Shown: in pieces, positions 1 to 13,619 of the stretch
How positions within the stretch are numbered: the first letter of the stretch is position 1
How the letters are laid out: every line of letters begins with the position of its first letter
From: Octopus sinensis
Taxonomy: Eukaryota
NCBI RefSeq assembly: GCF_006345805.1
Contig: NC_042998.1
Coordinates: forward strand, 56,792,001-56,856,000
DNA length: 64,000 bases
Reading direction: 5' to 3'
Notes under the pieces: generated by a model
What the model saw: the letters and a program-made list of their open reading frames with translations, nothing else
What the model was told of the DNA's origin: nothing
Database searches by the model: none
Program-made: the position numbers and the translations under genes

Positions 1-30
1 GACAAACAAGGACACACAAACACACACACG

Positions 31-65
<35 letters not shown>

Positions 66-342
66 TATATACATATATATACATATATATTTCATAACTA
101 GTAATACTATTTAGTATTGGAGTTTCTTAAACACAATACTAGAAACGGAATGGAATACGAATAATCTAAGTGGAACTCTAGGGAGTAGCAATTGTACATC
201 TAATAAAAATTATCAGTTAGGTTTGAGCTCTACCCTAACTGAGCATTTTTACTATTGTTATTATTGTTATTTTATAGTCGCCTTAAATATTCTAATCCTT
301 GTACCCCTATTAATTCGTACTCAGCTTATATAAGGTAATACC

Positions 343-507
343 GGTATGGCTGTGTGGTAAGTAGCTTGCTAACCAACCACATGGTTCCGGGTTCAGTCCC
401 ACTGCGTGGCATCTTGGGCAAGTGTCTTCTGCTATAGCCCCGGGCCGACCAATGCCTTGTGAGTGGATTTGGTAGACGGAAACTGAAAGAAGCCTGTCGT
501 ATATATG

Positions 508-540
<33 letters not shown>

Positions 541-760
541 TTGTGTGTCTGTGTTTGTCTCCCTAGCATTGATTGACAACCGATGCTGGTGTGTTTACGT
601 CCCCGTCACTTAGCGGTTCGGCAAAAGAGACCGATAGAATAAGTACTGGGCTTACAAAGAATAAAGTCCCGGGGTCGATTTGCTCGACTAAAGGCGGTGC
701 TCCAGCATGGCCGCAGTCAAATGACTGAAACAATTAAAAGAGTAAAAGAGTAAAAGAGTA
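343..760 (+). mobile_element. tRNA-derived octopus-type SINE (family A), full length
   Basis: TGGCTGTGTGG A box, GGTTCAGTCCC B box, central TA/GT repeat, GTAAAAGA tail; many copies in the window. Confidence 0.85.
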
Positions 761-762
761 TA

Positions 763-912
763 CAACGGGCTTCTTTTCAGTTTCCGTCTACCAAATCCAC
801 TCACAAGGCTTTGGTCGGCCCGAGGCTATAGTAGAGGACACTTGCCCAAGGTGCCACGCAGTGGGACTGAACCCTGAACCATGTGGTTGGTAAACGAGCT
901 ACTTACCACACG
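763..912 (-). mobile_element. SINE family A, 5' part
   Basis: Reverse complement of the head of 343-500. Confidence 0.8.
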
Positions 913-2514
913 TAAATAAACTAATTCTTTGCAATTTTCTTTACCTCCCACTATTATGATATAAGTTTGGTATATACTCAAAATATTCAAAAAAGTTTTA
1001 TCCTTTTCTTAAAATTTCATTCTTAATAATCTCCTTGGTTGCCCTAAATTTTAACTTTATACAATAAGACAATATTGTTTGAAATAATCTTTAGAAATTA
1101 CTTGATTTATCTCTTTCTTAAATGGCTCTACCCTCCTGATCTTCGTATTTATAAGGGCCTTTATATAAATAACCCTTCTAAACAAGTACCACTAAGAAAC
1201 CATAAATATCATGTAGGGAGTAACAATAATAACTTCTTAAACCTATAATATAACCGTTAATTAAAAAAAAAAGATTAGTGTAAAATATGATTGTTTCATA
1301 ACTTAAAAATTCCTTTAGCCGATACCAAACATCAGTCTTTTATTGATATTAGCTAAATAAGTAAGTATATAATTTGTAATCTAATATATTTTGAATTATT
1401 ATACTTTTTCTAAAAATCTTCTCTATTGGTGTTAACAATCTACATATACTTTACCATAGTATTAGTAATTTAGCCATCATATTTCCTATTCTATGGTTTT
1501 CTGCCCTAATTTATTATTTTATTCTATTTCTTTATTATTTTATAATCAGCCTTTATTTATTTATAAAATTAATCTAATTTTTGTATCTCTATAAATTCAT
1601 ACTTAGCTTATATAAAACTATACTAGTATATTCACTACTTATTAAAACATACTGCTTAGATTAAAATTTTATTAATATATAATTAACGTGTTCTTTTACC
1701 CCAATACTCCTTTATTAATACCAGTATATACCAATAAATCAATATTCACAAATGCTATCTGATAAGTTAGTATTTAAGTATACAATATGTATAAATATTA
1801 AACTATTTCTGGATAATTTATTTTCCTCCCTCTATTGTGGTAAGAAGTTTGGTATATACTCAAAAGTATTCATAAATTTCTATTCTTTTGTTATAATATT
1901 CTTCTTCATAATCTTTTGAATAACCGTAAACTTTAACTGTTTACATAGCAACATTGTTTAAAATATTTAACAATAGTACCATAAGATAAGACTTCCCCTG
2001 TTTCATTATCAATAGTCTGCTAGTGGACATCCCTCTTAACTATCAGCTAACATCTTGTTTTAAGTTTCCCCCCTACTAAACCTCATGATATTGCTTATAA
2101 TAAATCTTGATTTTTATGACCATACCAACTAGAACGTCTGTTTACTACCCCAGCTCTACCCCTAATAGATACTGCCCACTGTTCTTCAGCCTTAGATATA
2201 CGAGGGATTTGATAAACTAGTCTATAAATTAAAACTGACCCCATAGAGACAAAAACTCTTGATAATTTTAGTAACTTCTATGCCGAAGTAGAGATAACAT
2301 ATTCTTTGTCTATCTCCTTAACTGCTTGGAGATTTTAGGTGTAATTATACTAATGTATCCATCTGTTCTAATTTAATTAAATTCTATGTCTTTGTGCAAC
2401 TGAATTTGGTCTACATTTTAAATTAATGTAATGATTGCATTGTTCAATTAAATGGAGTTGCGTGAAACTATCGTACTGCAAGACCTCCTTGTTGCTTATT
2501 TTGATTACATACAT

Positions 2515-2625
<111 letters not shown>

Positions 2626-2652
2626 CTGTGTGTGTCTGTGTGTCTGTGTGTA

Positions 2653-2882
2653 TAGGCGTAGGCATGGCTGTGTGATAAGAAGCTTGTTTCGCACTCACAT
2701 GACTTGGGTTCAGCCCCACTGCGTGGCACGTTGGGCAAGTGCCTTCTACTATAGCATCGGGCCGACCAAAGCCTTATGAGTGGATTTGGTAGACGGAAAC
2801 TGAGAGAAGCCCATCGTGTATATATATATTATATATATATATATTATATATATATATATATACACGATGGGCTTCTCTCAGT
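2653..2882 (+). mobile_element. SINE family A, 5' part with short fold-back
   Basis: Head sequence; CTGAGAGAAGCCCATCGTG is repeated inverted across the TA run. Confidence 0.75.
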
Positions 2883-3209
2883 ATATATGTCTTTCCCCTG
2901 GATAACACTGGTGGCGTGGAGAGGGAAGGCTGGTATGCATGGGCGACCGCTGGTCTTCCATAAACAACCTTGCCCGGACTTGTGTCTAGGAGGGTAACTT
3001 TCTAGGTGCAATCCCATGGTCACTCATGACCGAAGGGGGTCTTTACTCTTTTGACATTAACATACTATCACTATCATGGAAAGTGTCTAGATGAGCTTTG
3101 ATTTCTTTTCGGAGAAAATTTACTACCAGATATCGGTTTAGCAATGTAATAAATAGAATCCGCGCTTCCTGAATATCTCACGAACATATTGTAAGTTACA
3201 TGCAAAAAC

Positions 3210-3625
3210 GGATCTTTTCGGTTTGAACGGCAGTTTTTTCTAGCGGTGTCATATGAAATTGTCACCTATAATTACGACTCTAGTATCGATCTATTGCATT
3301 TCAATCTATTTTAGGGTTAGGGTTACGGTTAGGGGTGGGGGAAGGGTATCTTTTTTTCTTCACAAATGTAAATAAACTCAATCTGTTTCTTAAACGAGGG
3401 ACATTTTCATACGGCACAGAATGCTTTCACCTCAATAGACGGTCATTGATTGGTTGAAATTGCAGAAATTGAAGAAAAAAACAACAAATATCTTACAAAC
3501 TATAGAATTTTCTCAATAAAGCCAAGAGAAAAAGATGTTTTATAAACATATTCTACCAGTATACGAAGTTTAAAATTTTTTAGTTACCTAGAAATTATGT
3601 TAAAAACTGCCGTTCAAACCGATCC
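3210..3625. mobile_element. non-autonomous TIR element (MITE-like)
   Basis: GGATCttttCGGTTTGAACGGCAGTTTTT ... AAAAACTGCCGTTCAAACCGATCC termini; internal TTAGGGTTAGGGTTACGGTTAGGG. Confidence 0.7.
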
Positions 3626-5095
3626 AATTTACCACCAGAAATCAGTTTAGCAATGTAATAAATAGAATCTGCGCTTCCTGAATATCTCACGAACATATTG
3701 TAAGTTACATGCAAAAACAGCTGAATTGTGGAATAAACTTTCTCTTCCTTATTTTGTTGCAAAATATGATCTCGATCTTTTAAAATTCAGTGGTAAAACA
3801 GATCTTGTCTAACATTGTCCAAAATTACCTAATTTTGCTATATTTATGAATTCTTTTATGACTATTTCATTTTATTTCCTTTTATTAACCCCTTTATGGT
3901 CATCTCAGTCACTATATTTTATTTCAGCTAATATTTTTGTGAGGTTTTATTACCTTCACATCAAACTTCATTAAAATATTTTATCACTTATTTTTTTCCC
4001 AATTATCAATTTGTTGTCTTAAATATGCAAATATTTACACAGTTGTTGCGGCTTTGATGTGACACTCCTCTTTTCACTCAGCCATTTTCTTAAAATTGAC
4101 ATATGTGCCTTGATCGGGAGTGATTTCGAGTAAAGACACGGTTCTTAGGTCCAGCAATTTATTTAAGCCTTCTCAGGCATATCTTCAACAAGTTGATATT
4201 AATCATTTTGTAATTGTCTTTGTTTTTCAAAGTGAAAACTTTGGAATGATATTGCTTTTATGATATCCACGATGTCGGATTAAAAAAAAACCCAGCATCT
4301 CAATAAGGAGAAACAATACCCTCAAAGCTATCGACAACGCACAGATATAACTTTTAGATCCAGTTTAAGACCACCATCTGATCATTAGATGCTTCTATTG
4401 GCTTTTGCATTGCGGCAGGTATTCAGGTTAAGTCTCCTACCTGACAATAAATTTTCCCCTAATGTCCACCAGGCTCTGAAGCCATGAGTTGTTCTTCTTT
4501 TTCGAAATAAGCAATAAAAGATAACTCAAAGCTGCAGACACGAGGAGATAAATTCTTTAACCTGTCACACCACACACTTAAGTCAAATCATATTACAACT
4601 CACAACTCTCAACTTCGGTATCAGCTTCTGCTTGAAAAGGAAATATGGCCTAATCCCAAAGGGCTGAACTAGAACTGCTTATTCAATTGCTAGGTAATGT
4701 TAGAGGAAAAAAAGAAACAATTCACAAATTAAAATCGAGAGACAAGCATCACAGACGTGTGAGTATGCATGTGTGTATGTATGCGTGTATGTATTTGTAT
4801 GTATGTGTGCATGTGTGTGTATGTATGTGTGCATGTGTGTGTATGTATGTGTGTATGTGTATGTATGTATGTGTGTATGTGTATGTATGTGTGTGTAAAC
4901 ACACGCACACAATTAATATGCCATTAACATAAAACACTAAGACTAAATTCTCATAAAAAACAACGATAAAATCGTGATATTGAGATGTGATAGGCTTAAT
5001 TTAATTGTTATGGATAAAGTTGTATATTTTAAAAAAATTAGACATATACTACGCGCCATTAGCAAACTATCCAAAATGAAGAAAGATAAAACAAT

Positions 5096-6388
5096 TAAAA
5101 ATTCAGCGTGTCTGCTGTGGTAATTAACGTGTTGACATTTATTATTACTGAAGACAATCTTGGGAGAAATGTTCTTTTAAATGAAATGAAGAATTCACGA
5201 AGCATATATCTATAGAAGGTTAAACATTCTGAAAAATATTGTAACCCTCTTCGAACTATAATTTTGTAAATAAATGCACAGAACACAAGATCGCTGAAGA
5301 AGTCGACAGAAGCAATAAAAATCGAAGAATTATAGCTTGCGCCCATTAGAAGAGTACTTAGAAACTTTACAAGAAACCGAGATAATTAGCAACATATCCA
5401 TTATGGTTGTAGTGCTGTAGAAACACATTTTATCGATCTTCCATTAATGAATTGGATACAAGGCCAGCAATTTTAGGGATGGGGTAAGTAGATTACATCG
5501 ACCATAGTGCTTAACTCGTACTTATTTTATCGTACACGAATGGATGAAATTCAAAGTCGACCTCTCCGGAATTTGCGCTCAGAATGTAAAGACGGACGAA
5601 AAAAATAGAAATAATACTTTTTTAAAATGTATACAATCACCCGAAGGACTGTGGTCGAGGGGTTAGGGTATTACATTCCCGATCTCAAGATCATGTTTTT
5701 GATTGCCAGACCATGCGGCGTGTTGTGTTCTTGAACAAAAGACTTCGATTTTACATTGCTCCAGTCCATTCAGATGTGAATGAGTAACCTTGCAACGGAC
5801 TCACGTCCCGTTTAGGGGAAATGTTGTCTTCGATCGCTTGTCCGTGATGGAAAACGGGTAATCGGCTATAAGAGTGTTGGCACTCGAGATAGCAACTTCC
5901 TATTTTTGTACATAAACATCCAGCAATAAATCCTTTAATATTCCAAGGTACACGATAAAATAACTCCTGCTGGCCGGTTGCTTTTCAATACTCGCAAGCA
6001 ATCGAGATATTCAGTTGAACAGAGTGGGGAGCAACAGCAGATTATTCAAAATAAAGGAAGTTAAGATAATTAAAAATTCAGCGTGTCTACTGTGGTAATT
6101 AACGTGTTGCCATTTATTAATGCTGGAGACAGTCTTGGGAGAAATGTTCCTTTACAATGAATTGAATAATTCACCAAAGCATATACCTATAGAAACATAA
6201 ACATTCTGAAAAATATAATAGCTCTCTTCGAACTATAATTTTGTAAATAAATGTACAGAACACATGATCGCTGAACAACTCGACAAAATCATGAAGCAAT
6301 AAACATCGAAGGAATATAGCTTGCGTCCATTAGAAAAAGTATTTAGAAAGTTTACAAGAAACTGACATAATTAGCAACATATCCATCA
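5096..6388 (+). repeat. diverged direct repeat of about 310 bp
   Basis: 5096-5403 aligns by eye with 6071-6388. Confidence 0.8.
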
Positions 6389-6848
6389 TGTTTATAGAGT
6401 TGAGTACATTGGCACTGCTCTGCATGACCAACACCATAAATATACCATGTGAACATGGTGTGTCACTTCTATTTTCGATGTGTTGGCTATGTAACTGATA
6501 GCCCCAAAGACTTACAGAAACAATTTCGTCCTCAAATTATTCAACATTCAACACAGTTTAAGCAAAACTTCAAATGGCACAATTTCTCAATCTTTATATT
6601 GAAACGGAAAGATAACCTATAAGTGATAATTGACCTAATATATTCCGTAAACGCTAACATACATATAATTTCGATATATGACACATACAGTGACAACAAA
6701 TATAATACATACACACGTACACACGCTCATAGGGGCACACAGAGACACAAATACATACACACACACTCACATATACACATACATGTATAGCATAAATTTA
6801 GGGGAACTCGAGACAAATGAGAAGAACGTACGTACATAAATGCAAACA

Positions 6849-6897
<49 letters not shown>

Positions 6898-6958
6898 GTA
6901 TATACATACATAAATATATACATATATATATATGTATATATATTTATTATATAGAAGG

Positions 6959-7009
6959 AGCTTCTACAGGACTAGAACTGTTTCATTCAAAAGAAATCAT
7001 CAGGAAGCT
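6959..7009 (-). ncRNA. type I hammerhead ribozyme motif
   Basis: AGCTTC-CTGATGA-tTTCttttGAAt-GAAAC-AGttctagtcCT-GTA-GAAGCT: 6-bp stem I, intact core, short stem II with U.U at 10.1-11.1, 4-bp stem III, GUA cleavage triplet. Confidence 0.75.
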
Positions 7010-8226
7010 AGTAGACAAGAGTTGTTTTGGCATTTATACATTTAGGCAGGTTTAAATGGGTGGTGGTGGGGGACTTTTTTGAGGGTAGGCATGGCGCAAA
7101 ACTGTCATTATTAGGGGAGTGGTCAAAGGAATCGGTGGAAAAGTAGATAAAAAAATAAATAAAAGAATAAAAAATAAATAGAAAAATAGAGTTTTAGGTA
7201 AGTAAGGAGACTCTCACTTGTACATCTACATATATATATATATATACACATATCTACACCCACATATTCACATATATCTATACACATACATACATACATA
7301 CCCACATATACATACATATATATATGCATACATACACATACATATACATATACATATATATACATATATATACACGTACCCATGTACTTACACACAAAAA
7401 CACATATACATACATATATATACATATATGTATACACACTCGCACATATATATACATACACACATATATATACACATGCATATACATGCACACACATACA
7501 CACACATTTTTATTCTCTTATTTTAATTTTATTACTACTACTACTTTTGATTATATCTTTATTTTTATCTTGACCGGTCAGCCGGTCTCAAGGGATGATC
7601 TAAAGATTCCGTTTATCTATCTACTGACTGATACAGACGCAAGCACTCACTCACGCCACACACTCACACGTACACACATACTCATACGCACACGCATACA
7701 TACATACCTCAATCACCCACAAACTAGTCCATACATATACACTAATTAATACATATAATACACATACATACACATACACATACAACACACAAACACACAT
7801 ATACATACACATATATATATATATACATATATATACATATATATACATACATATACATACACATATACATTCATCATATATACACATACACCACACACGC
7901 GCATCTATATATACACATAAGTACATACATGCATAAATGTATACATATGTCTATACATTGCATACACATCCACACACACACACGCGCTCCTTATGTTCAT
8001 AAATACATACATGCATACAGGCACATACATATATACATACATTCATACTCAATAATAATAATAATAATAACAAATATATTACGTGCAGTTACCCATTATA
8101 CAGACGGATAAATACATATAAACATACCCATATATACCTATTTACACATATGTATATATACATACATACATACACACATAACTCTACATACCTACATATA
8201 CATAAACACACAAGCGTACACTATAT

Positions 8227-8278
<52 letters not shown>

Positions 8279-8430
8279 ATATACATATACATATATACAT
8301 ACATACACACACATACCACACATATATATATACATTTACACACATTTTTTACACATATATACATATATACACATACACATACATATACACATATATATAT
8401 ATACATATATATATACATATGTGCATATAT

Positions 8431-8489
<59 letters not shown>

Positions 8490-9757
8490 GCACATACATG
8501 CATAATGTATACATATGTTTATACAAATACATACACATACACACACTCACGCGCCTCCTTATATACATAAATACATACATGCATACAAACGCATTCTCAT
8601 GTAATAAATAATGAATAATAAATAATAATAATAAATAATAGATATATATACACATGCAGTTACCCTTTGTACAGGCGGAAACATACATATAAGCATACAC
8701 GTATATACCTATCTACACATATGTATATATACATACATGCACATACACATAACTCTACATACTTACATATACATGAACACACGAGCGTACACATATATAT
8801 ATATATACACATATATATATACACATACATACACATACATACACACATATATACACATACATATATACATACATATACATACATACACATACATACACAT
8901 ACACATACACACATATATAATATAATATATATATATATATATGTATATAATATATTAAAAAAAACCCACACATACACATACACATGTACATACACATACA
9001 TATACACGCACTCACATACATGAGTATATTCCTACTAACACCCATTCATTTCTATACATATATACAATACATATATACAAGTGTACATATACAATCTGTG
9101 AATTTCTTAGGAGGAAAGTTAATCGGGGGTTCTGGGGAACTGTGGGGTTTGGGGGTTTTTGTGGGTGGGATGTCGTCAATCGGTTGCCGGGTGGGTCTAT
9201 AGTTCTTGTAGTTTGCATAAATTTTATGCATGCAATTTGGGGAGTGTTCTGAGATCTTGTTGAGGAGATGGCCTTTGGCGAACAAGATCTCTAGGCTCTC
9301 GGAAATGCAAAGGTCACTACACAGGAGGCCATACCTGCTGTGACCTTTGCATTTCCGAGAGCCTAGAGATCTTGTTCGCCAAAGGCCATCTCCTCAACAA
9401 GATCTCAGAACACTCCCCAATTGCATGCATAAAATTTATGCAAACTACAAGAACTATAGACCCACCCGGCAACCCGATTGACGACATCCCACCCACAAAA
9501 ACCCCCCAACCCCACCGTTCCCCCAGCACCCCCGATTAACTTTCCTCCTAAGACTATTCACAGATTGTATATGTACACTTGTATATATGTATTGTATATA
9601 TGTATAGAAATGAATGGGTGTTAGTAGGAATATACGCATGTATGTGAGTGCGTGTATATGTATGTGTATGTGTATGTACATGTGTATGTGTATGCGTGTA
9701 TATGTATGTGTATGTGTATGTACATGTGTATGTGTATGTGTGTTTTTTTTATATATT

Positions 9758-9794
<37 letters not shown>

Positions 9795-10227
9795 GTGTAT
9801 GTGTATGTATGTGTATGTATGTATATGTATGTATATATGTATGTGTATATATGTGTGTATGTATGTGTATGTATGTGTATATATATATGTGTGTATATAT
9901 ATATATATATGTATATATATGTGTACGCTCGTGTGTTCATGTATATGTAAGTATGTAGAGTTATGTGTATGTGCATGTATGTATGTATATATACATATGT
10001 GTAGATAGGTATATACGTGTACGCTTATATGTATGTTTCCGCCTGTACAAAGGGTAACTGCATGTGTATATATATCTATTATTTATTATTATTATTTATT
10101 ATTCATTATTTATTACATGAGAATGCGTTTGTATGCATGTATGTATTTGTATATAAGGAGGCGCGTGAGTGTGTGTATGTGTATGTATTTGTATAAACAT
10201 ATGTATACATTTATGCATGTATGTGCT

Positions 10228-10266
<39 letters not shown>

Positions 10267-10402
10267 ATATATGCACATATGTATGTATATATATATGTAT
10301 ATATATATGTGTATATGCATGTGTATGTGTATATATGTATATATGTGTAAAAAAATGTGTGTGTAAATGTATATATATATATGTTGTGTATGTGTGTGTA
10401 TG

Positions 10403-10448
<46 letters not shown>

Positions 10449-11706
10449 ATATTATATATATGATGTGTACGCTTGTGTGTTTATGTATATGTAGGTATGT
10501 AGAGTTATGTGTGTATGTATGTATGTATATATACATATGTGTAAATAGGTATATATGGGTATGTTTATATGTATGTATCCGTCTGTATAATGGGTAACTG
10601 CACGTATATATTTATTATATTATTATTATTATTATTTGAGTATGAATGTATGTATATATGTATGTGCCTGTATGCATGTATGTATTTATGAACATAAGGA
10701 GGCGCGTGTGTGTGTGGATGTGTATGCATATGTATAGACATATGTATACATTTATGCATGTATGTACTTATGTGTATATATAGATGCGCGTGTGTGTGTG
10801 TGTATGTGTACGCATATATATATATATATATGTATATATATGTGTGTATGTGTATATATGTATGAATGTATATGTGTATGTATATGTATATGTATATATG
10901 TATATATATATGTATATGTGTATGTATATGTATGTATGTGTATGTATGTGTATATGTATATGTGTATATATATGAATTAGTGTATATGTATGGACTAGTC
11001 TTCTGTGGGTGTATTGAGGTATGTATGTGTATGCGTGTGCGTATGAGTATGTGTGTACGTGTGAGTGTGTGGGCGTGAGTGAGTGCTTGCGTCTGTATCA
11101 GTCAGTAGATAGATAAACGGAATCTTTAGATCATCCCTTGAGACCGGCTGACCGGTCAAGATAAAAATAAAGATATAAACAAAAGTAGTAGTAATAATAA
11201 AATTAAAATAAGAGAATAAAAATGTGTGTGTATGTGTGTGCATGTATATGCATGTGTATATATATGTGTGTATGTATATATATGTGCGAGTGTGTATACA
11301 TATGTATGTATATGTGTTTTTGTGTGTAAGTACATGGGTACGTGTATATATATGTATATATATGTATATGTATATGTATGTGTATGTATGCATATATATA
11401 TGTATGTATATGTGGGTATGTATGTATGTATGTATGTGTATAGATATATGTGAATATGTGGGTGTAGATATGTGTATATATATATATGTAGATGTACAAG
11501 TGAGAGTCTCCTTACTTACCTAAAACTCTATTTTTCTATTTATTTTTATTCTTTTATTTATTCTTTTATCTACTTTACCACCGATTCCTTTGACCACTCC
11601 CCTAATAATGACAGTTTTGCGCCATGCCTACCCCCCAAAAAAGTCCCCCACCACCACCCATTTAAACCTGCCTAAATGTATAAATGCCAAACAACTCTTG
11701 TCTACT

Positions 11707-11756
11707 AGCTTCTGATGATTTCTTTTGAATGAAACAGTTCTAGTCCTGTAGAAGCT
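11707..11756 (+). ncRNA. type I hammerhead ribozyme motif (palindrome twin, 1-nt deletion in stem I)
   Basis: Same as 6959-7009 but AGCTT-CTGATGA lacks one C, which shifts the stem I register. Confidence 0.6.
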
Positions 11757-11848
11757 CCTTCTATATAATAAATTAATTTACTCTGCTATGTATTGAGTAC
11801 CTTATTTACTGTGGTTAACCCCGACTCAACCCGGGACCTACATATATG

Positions 11849-11963
<115 letters not shown>

Positions 11964-12049
11964 TCATATATAATATTATATATTATATATATATATATAT
12001 TATATTCTAATGTAAGGCTTGTAAAATATATTAGTTTAAAAGTTTTGCA

Positions 12050-12238
12050 CTAGGCCAGCAATTTCGGGGTAAGGGTGTAAGTCAATTGCAAGAAAACCAG
12101 TATTCACTTTATAACTCTGAGATGACGAAAAGCAAAAGTAGACCTTTGAGGAATTTGAACTCAGAACGTAAAGGCATACGAAATGACGCTAAGCATTTTG
12201 TCCAGGTTGCTAACGATTCTGCCAGCTTACCGCCTTGA
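12050..12238 (-). mobile_element. tRNA-derived SINE (family B), diverged
   Basis: GAATTTGAACTCAGAACG B-box region and GCTAACGATTCTGCCAGC head, reversed. Confidence 0.7.
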
Positions 12239-12365
12239 GAGTTGAAAAATACTCTGGTTTCAAATTTTGGTACAAGGCCAGCAATTTCGGGCTGGAGGGG
12301 TAAGTCAACCCAGGACTTAACTGGTACTTATTTTACCAACTCCGTATGAGCGCGCTCGCAAACAC

Positions 12366-12418
<53 letters not shown>

Positions 12419-12930
12419 GCACACACACATACACACACGCACACATACACACACAAACCCGAATCTGGAACTTAACTATGGTCTGTCTATAGCATTTATT
12501 CAGCATTACCTGACACCTTTGGGTCTCAATGGCACTATTATCTCTTATATATATATACATATATATGAGACCAAAAGTGAACGTACGCTTCTATATGTAT
12601 ATATAAAAAAAGAATACAAAAATGGAACAAGAAGGCAAAAGGCAACAACAAAACATCCAAGCAGTTAGACGATACAAAAAGGGACAAGGAAAAACAAGGA
12701 CTAGTCATGCAGAGTTTTCTATCTTGTTTTTCTTGTCCATTTTTGTATCGTTTAACTGTATGGATGTTTTGTTGTCGCCTGTTGCAAGGCCAGCAATTTC
12801 GGGCTGGAGGGGTAAGTCAACCCAGGACTTAACTGGTACTTATTTTACCAACTCCGTATAAGCGCGCTCGCAAACACACACACGCACACACACACAGACA
12901 CAGACACAGACACACACAGACACAGACACA

Positions 12931-12990
<60 letters not shown>

Positions 12991-13016
12991 AATATATATA
13001 TAAATATATATATATA

Positions 13017-13385
13017 TCTATATATATAAAACTGAGAATGTGTGTGTTTCTGTCTGTCTATCAGTCTGTCTGTGTGTTTCCCTAAAACTTGAGAACGACG
13101 CAACCATTCATTCAAATTTTACACATGCCTTACTTAGGGTTCGGGGAGTGTCATCAGCAAAAAAAGTTTTTAACTTTTTGCCTAGGGCGAGCCCACAGCA
13201 ATATCATATCTTCTCCACTAAGATTCCCTAAAACTTGAGAACTACACAACCAATTTCATTCAAATTTTACACATGCCTTACTTAGGCTCCATGTAGTTTC
13301 ATGGGCAAAAAATATGTTCAACTTTTTGCCTAGGGCGAGCCCATAGAAATATCATATCTTCTCCACTGTTTCAGTATTACCTGTT
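13017..13385 (+). mobile_element. non-autonomous Helitron-like element, 3' incomplete, with a 146-bp internal tandem repeat
   Basis: 5' TCTATATATATAAAACTG, (CTGT)n tract, AACCAATTTCATTCAAATTTT motif; units 13080-13225 and 13226-13367. Confidence 0.5.
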
Positions 13386-13619
13386 ATAAGTGAAACAAAA
13401 ACATTTCTCTATTTTATGTCAGATTCTTTCACTTTAACAATAAAAAATAGAGATAATAAAAATTCAATTATATGTGGTAAGTAATAATTAAAATCAAACT
13501 AAAGTATAATATAATCGTAACATAACAAAAGTAAAAAATAGCAATTGGTATAAAATTGCATCAATGACTTGAACTTGAATAAGTGGTTTCACATGAATGG
13601 GAATAAATTAAAAATAAAA

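Larger units (their letters stand above)
6943..11772. mobile_element. 4.8-kb palindrome formed by two head-to-head copies of a 5'-truncated Penelope-like element
   Basis: Arms 6943-9317 and 9340-11772 are reverse complements with a 22-nt spacer. Read outward from the centre: YTGGHTCCDLCISESLEILFAKGHLLNKISEHSPNCMHKIYANYK (PLE endonuclease C-terminus), then a microsatellite-rich UTR and a terminal HHR-containing segment. Confidence 0.85.

Noticed and set aside
5095-5346. Hydrophobic ORF ending NTLITTADTLNF, superficially like GPCR TM7
   Set aside because: The duplicate copy at 6071-6388 does not keep the frame, and there are no other GPCR motifs.
7123-11523. Many 60-160 aa ORFs rich in Y/I/H/T/C/V/M (also at 16-18 kb, 38.7 kb, 46.7 kb and 55 kb)
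   Set aside because: They are translations of TA/CA/TATG/TAT microsatellites, which lack stops in some frames.
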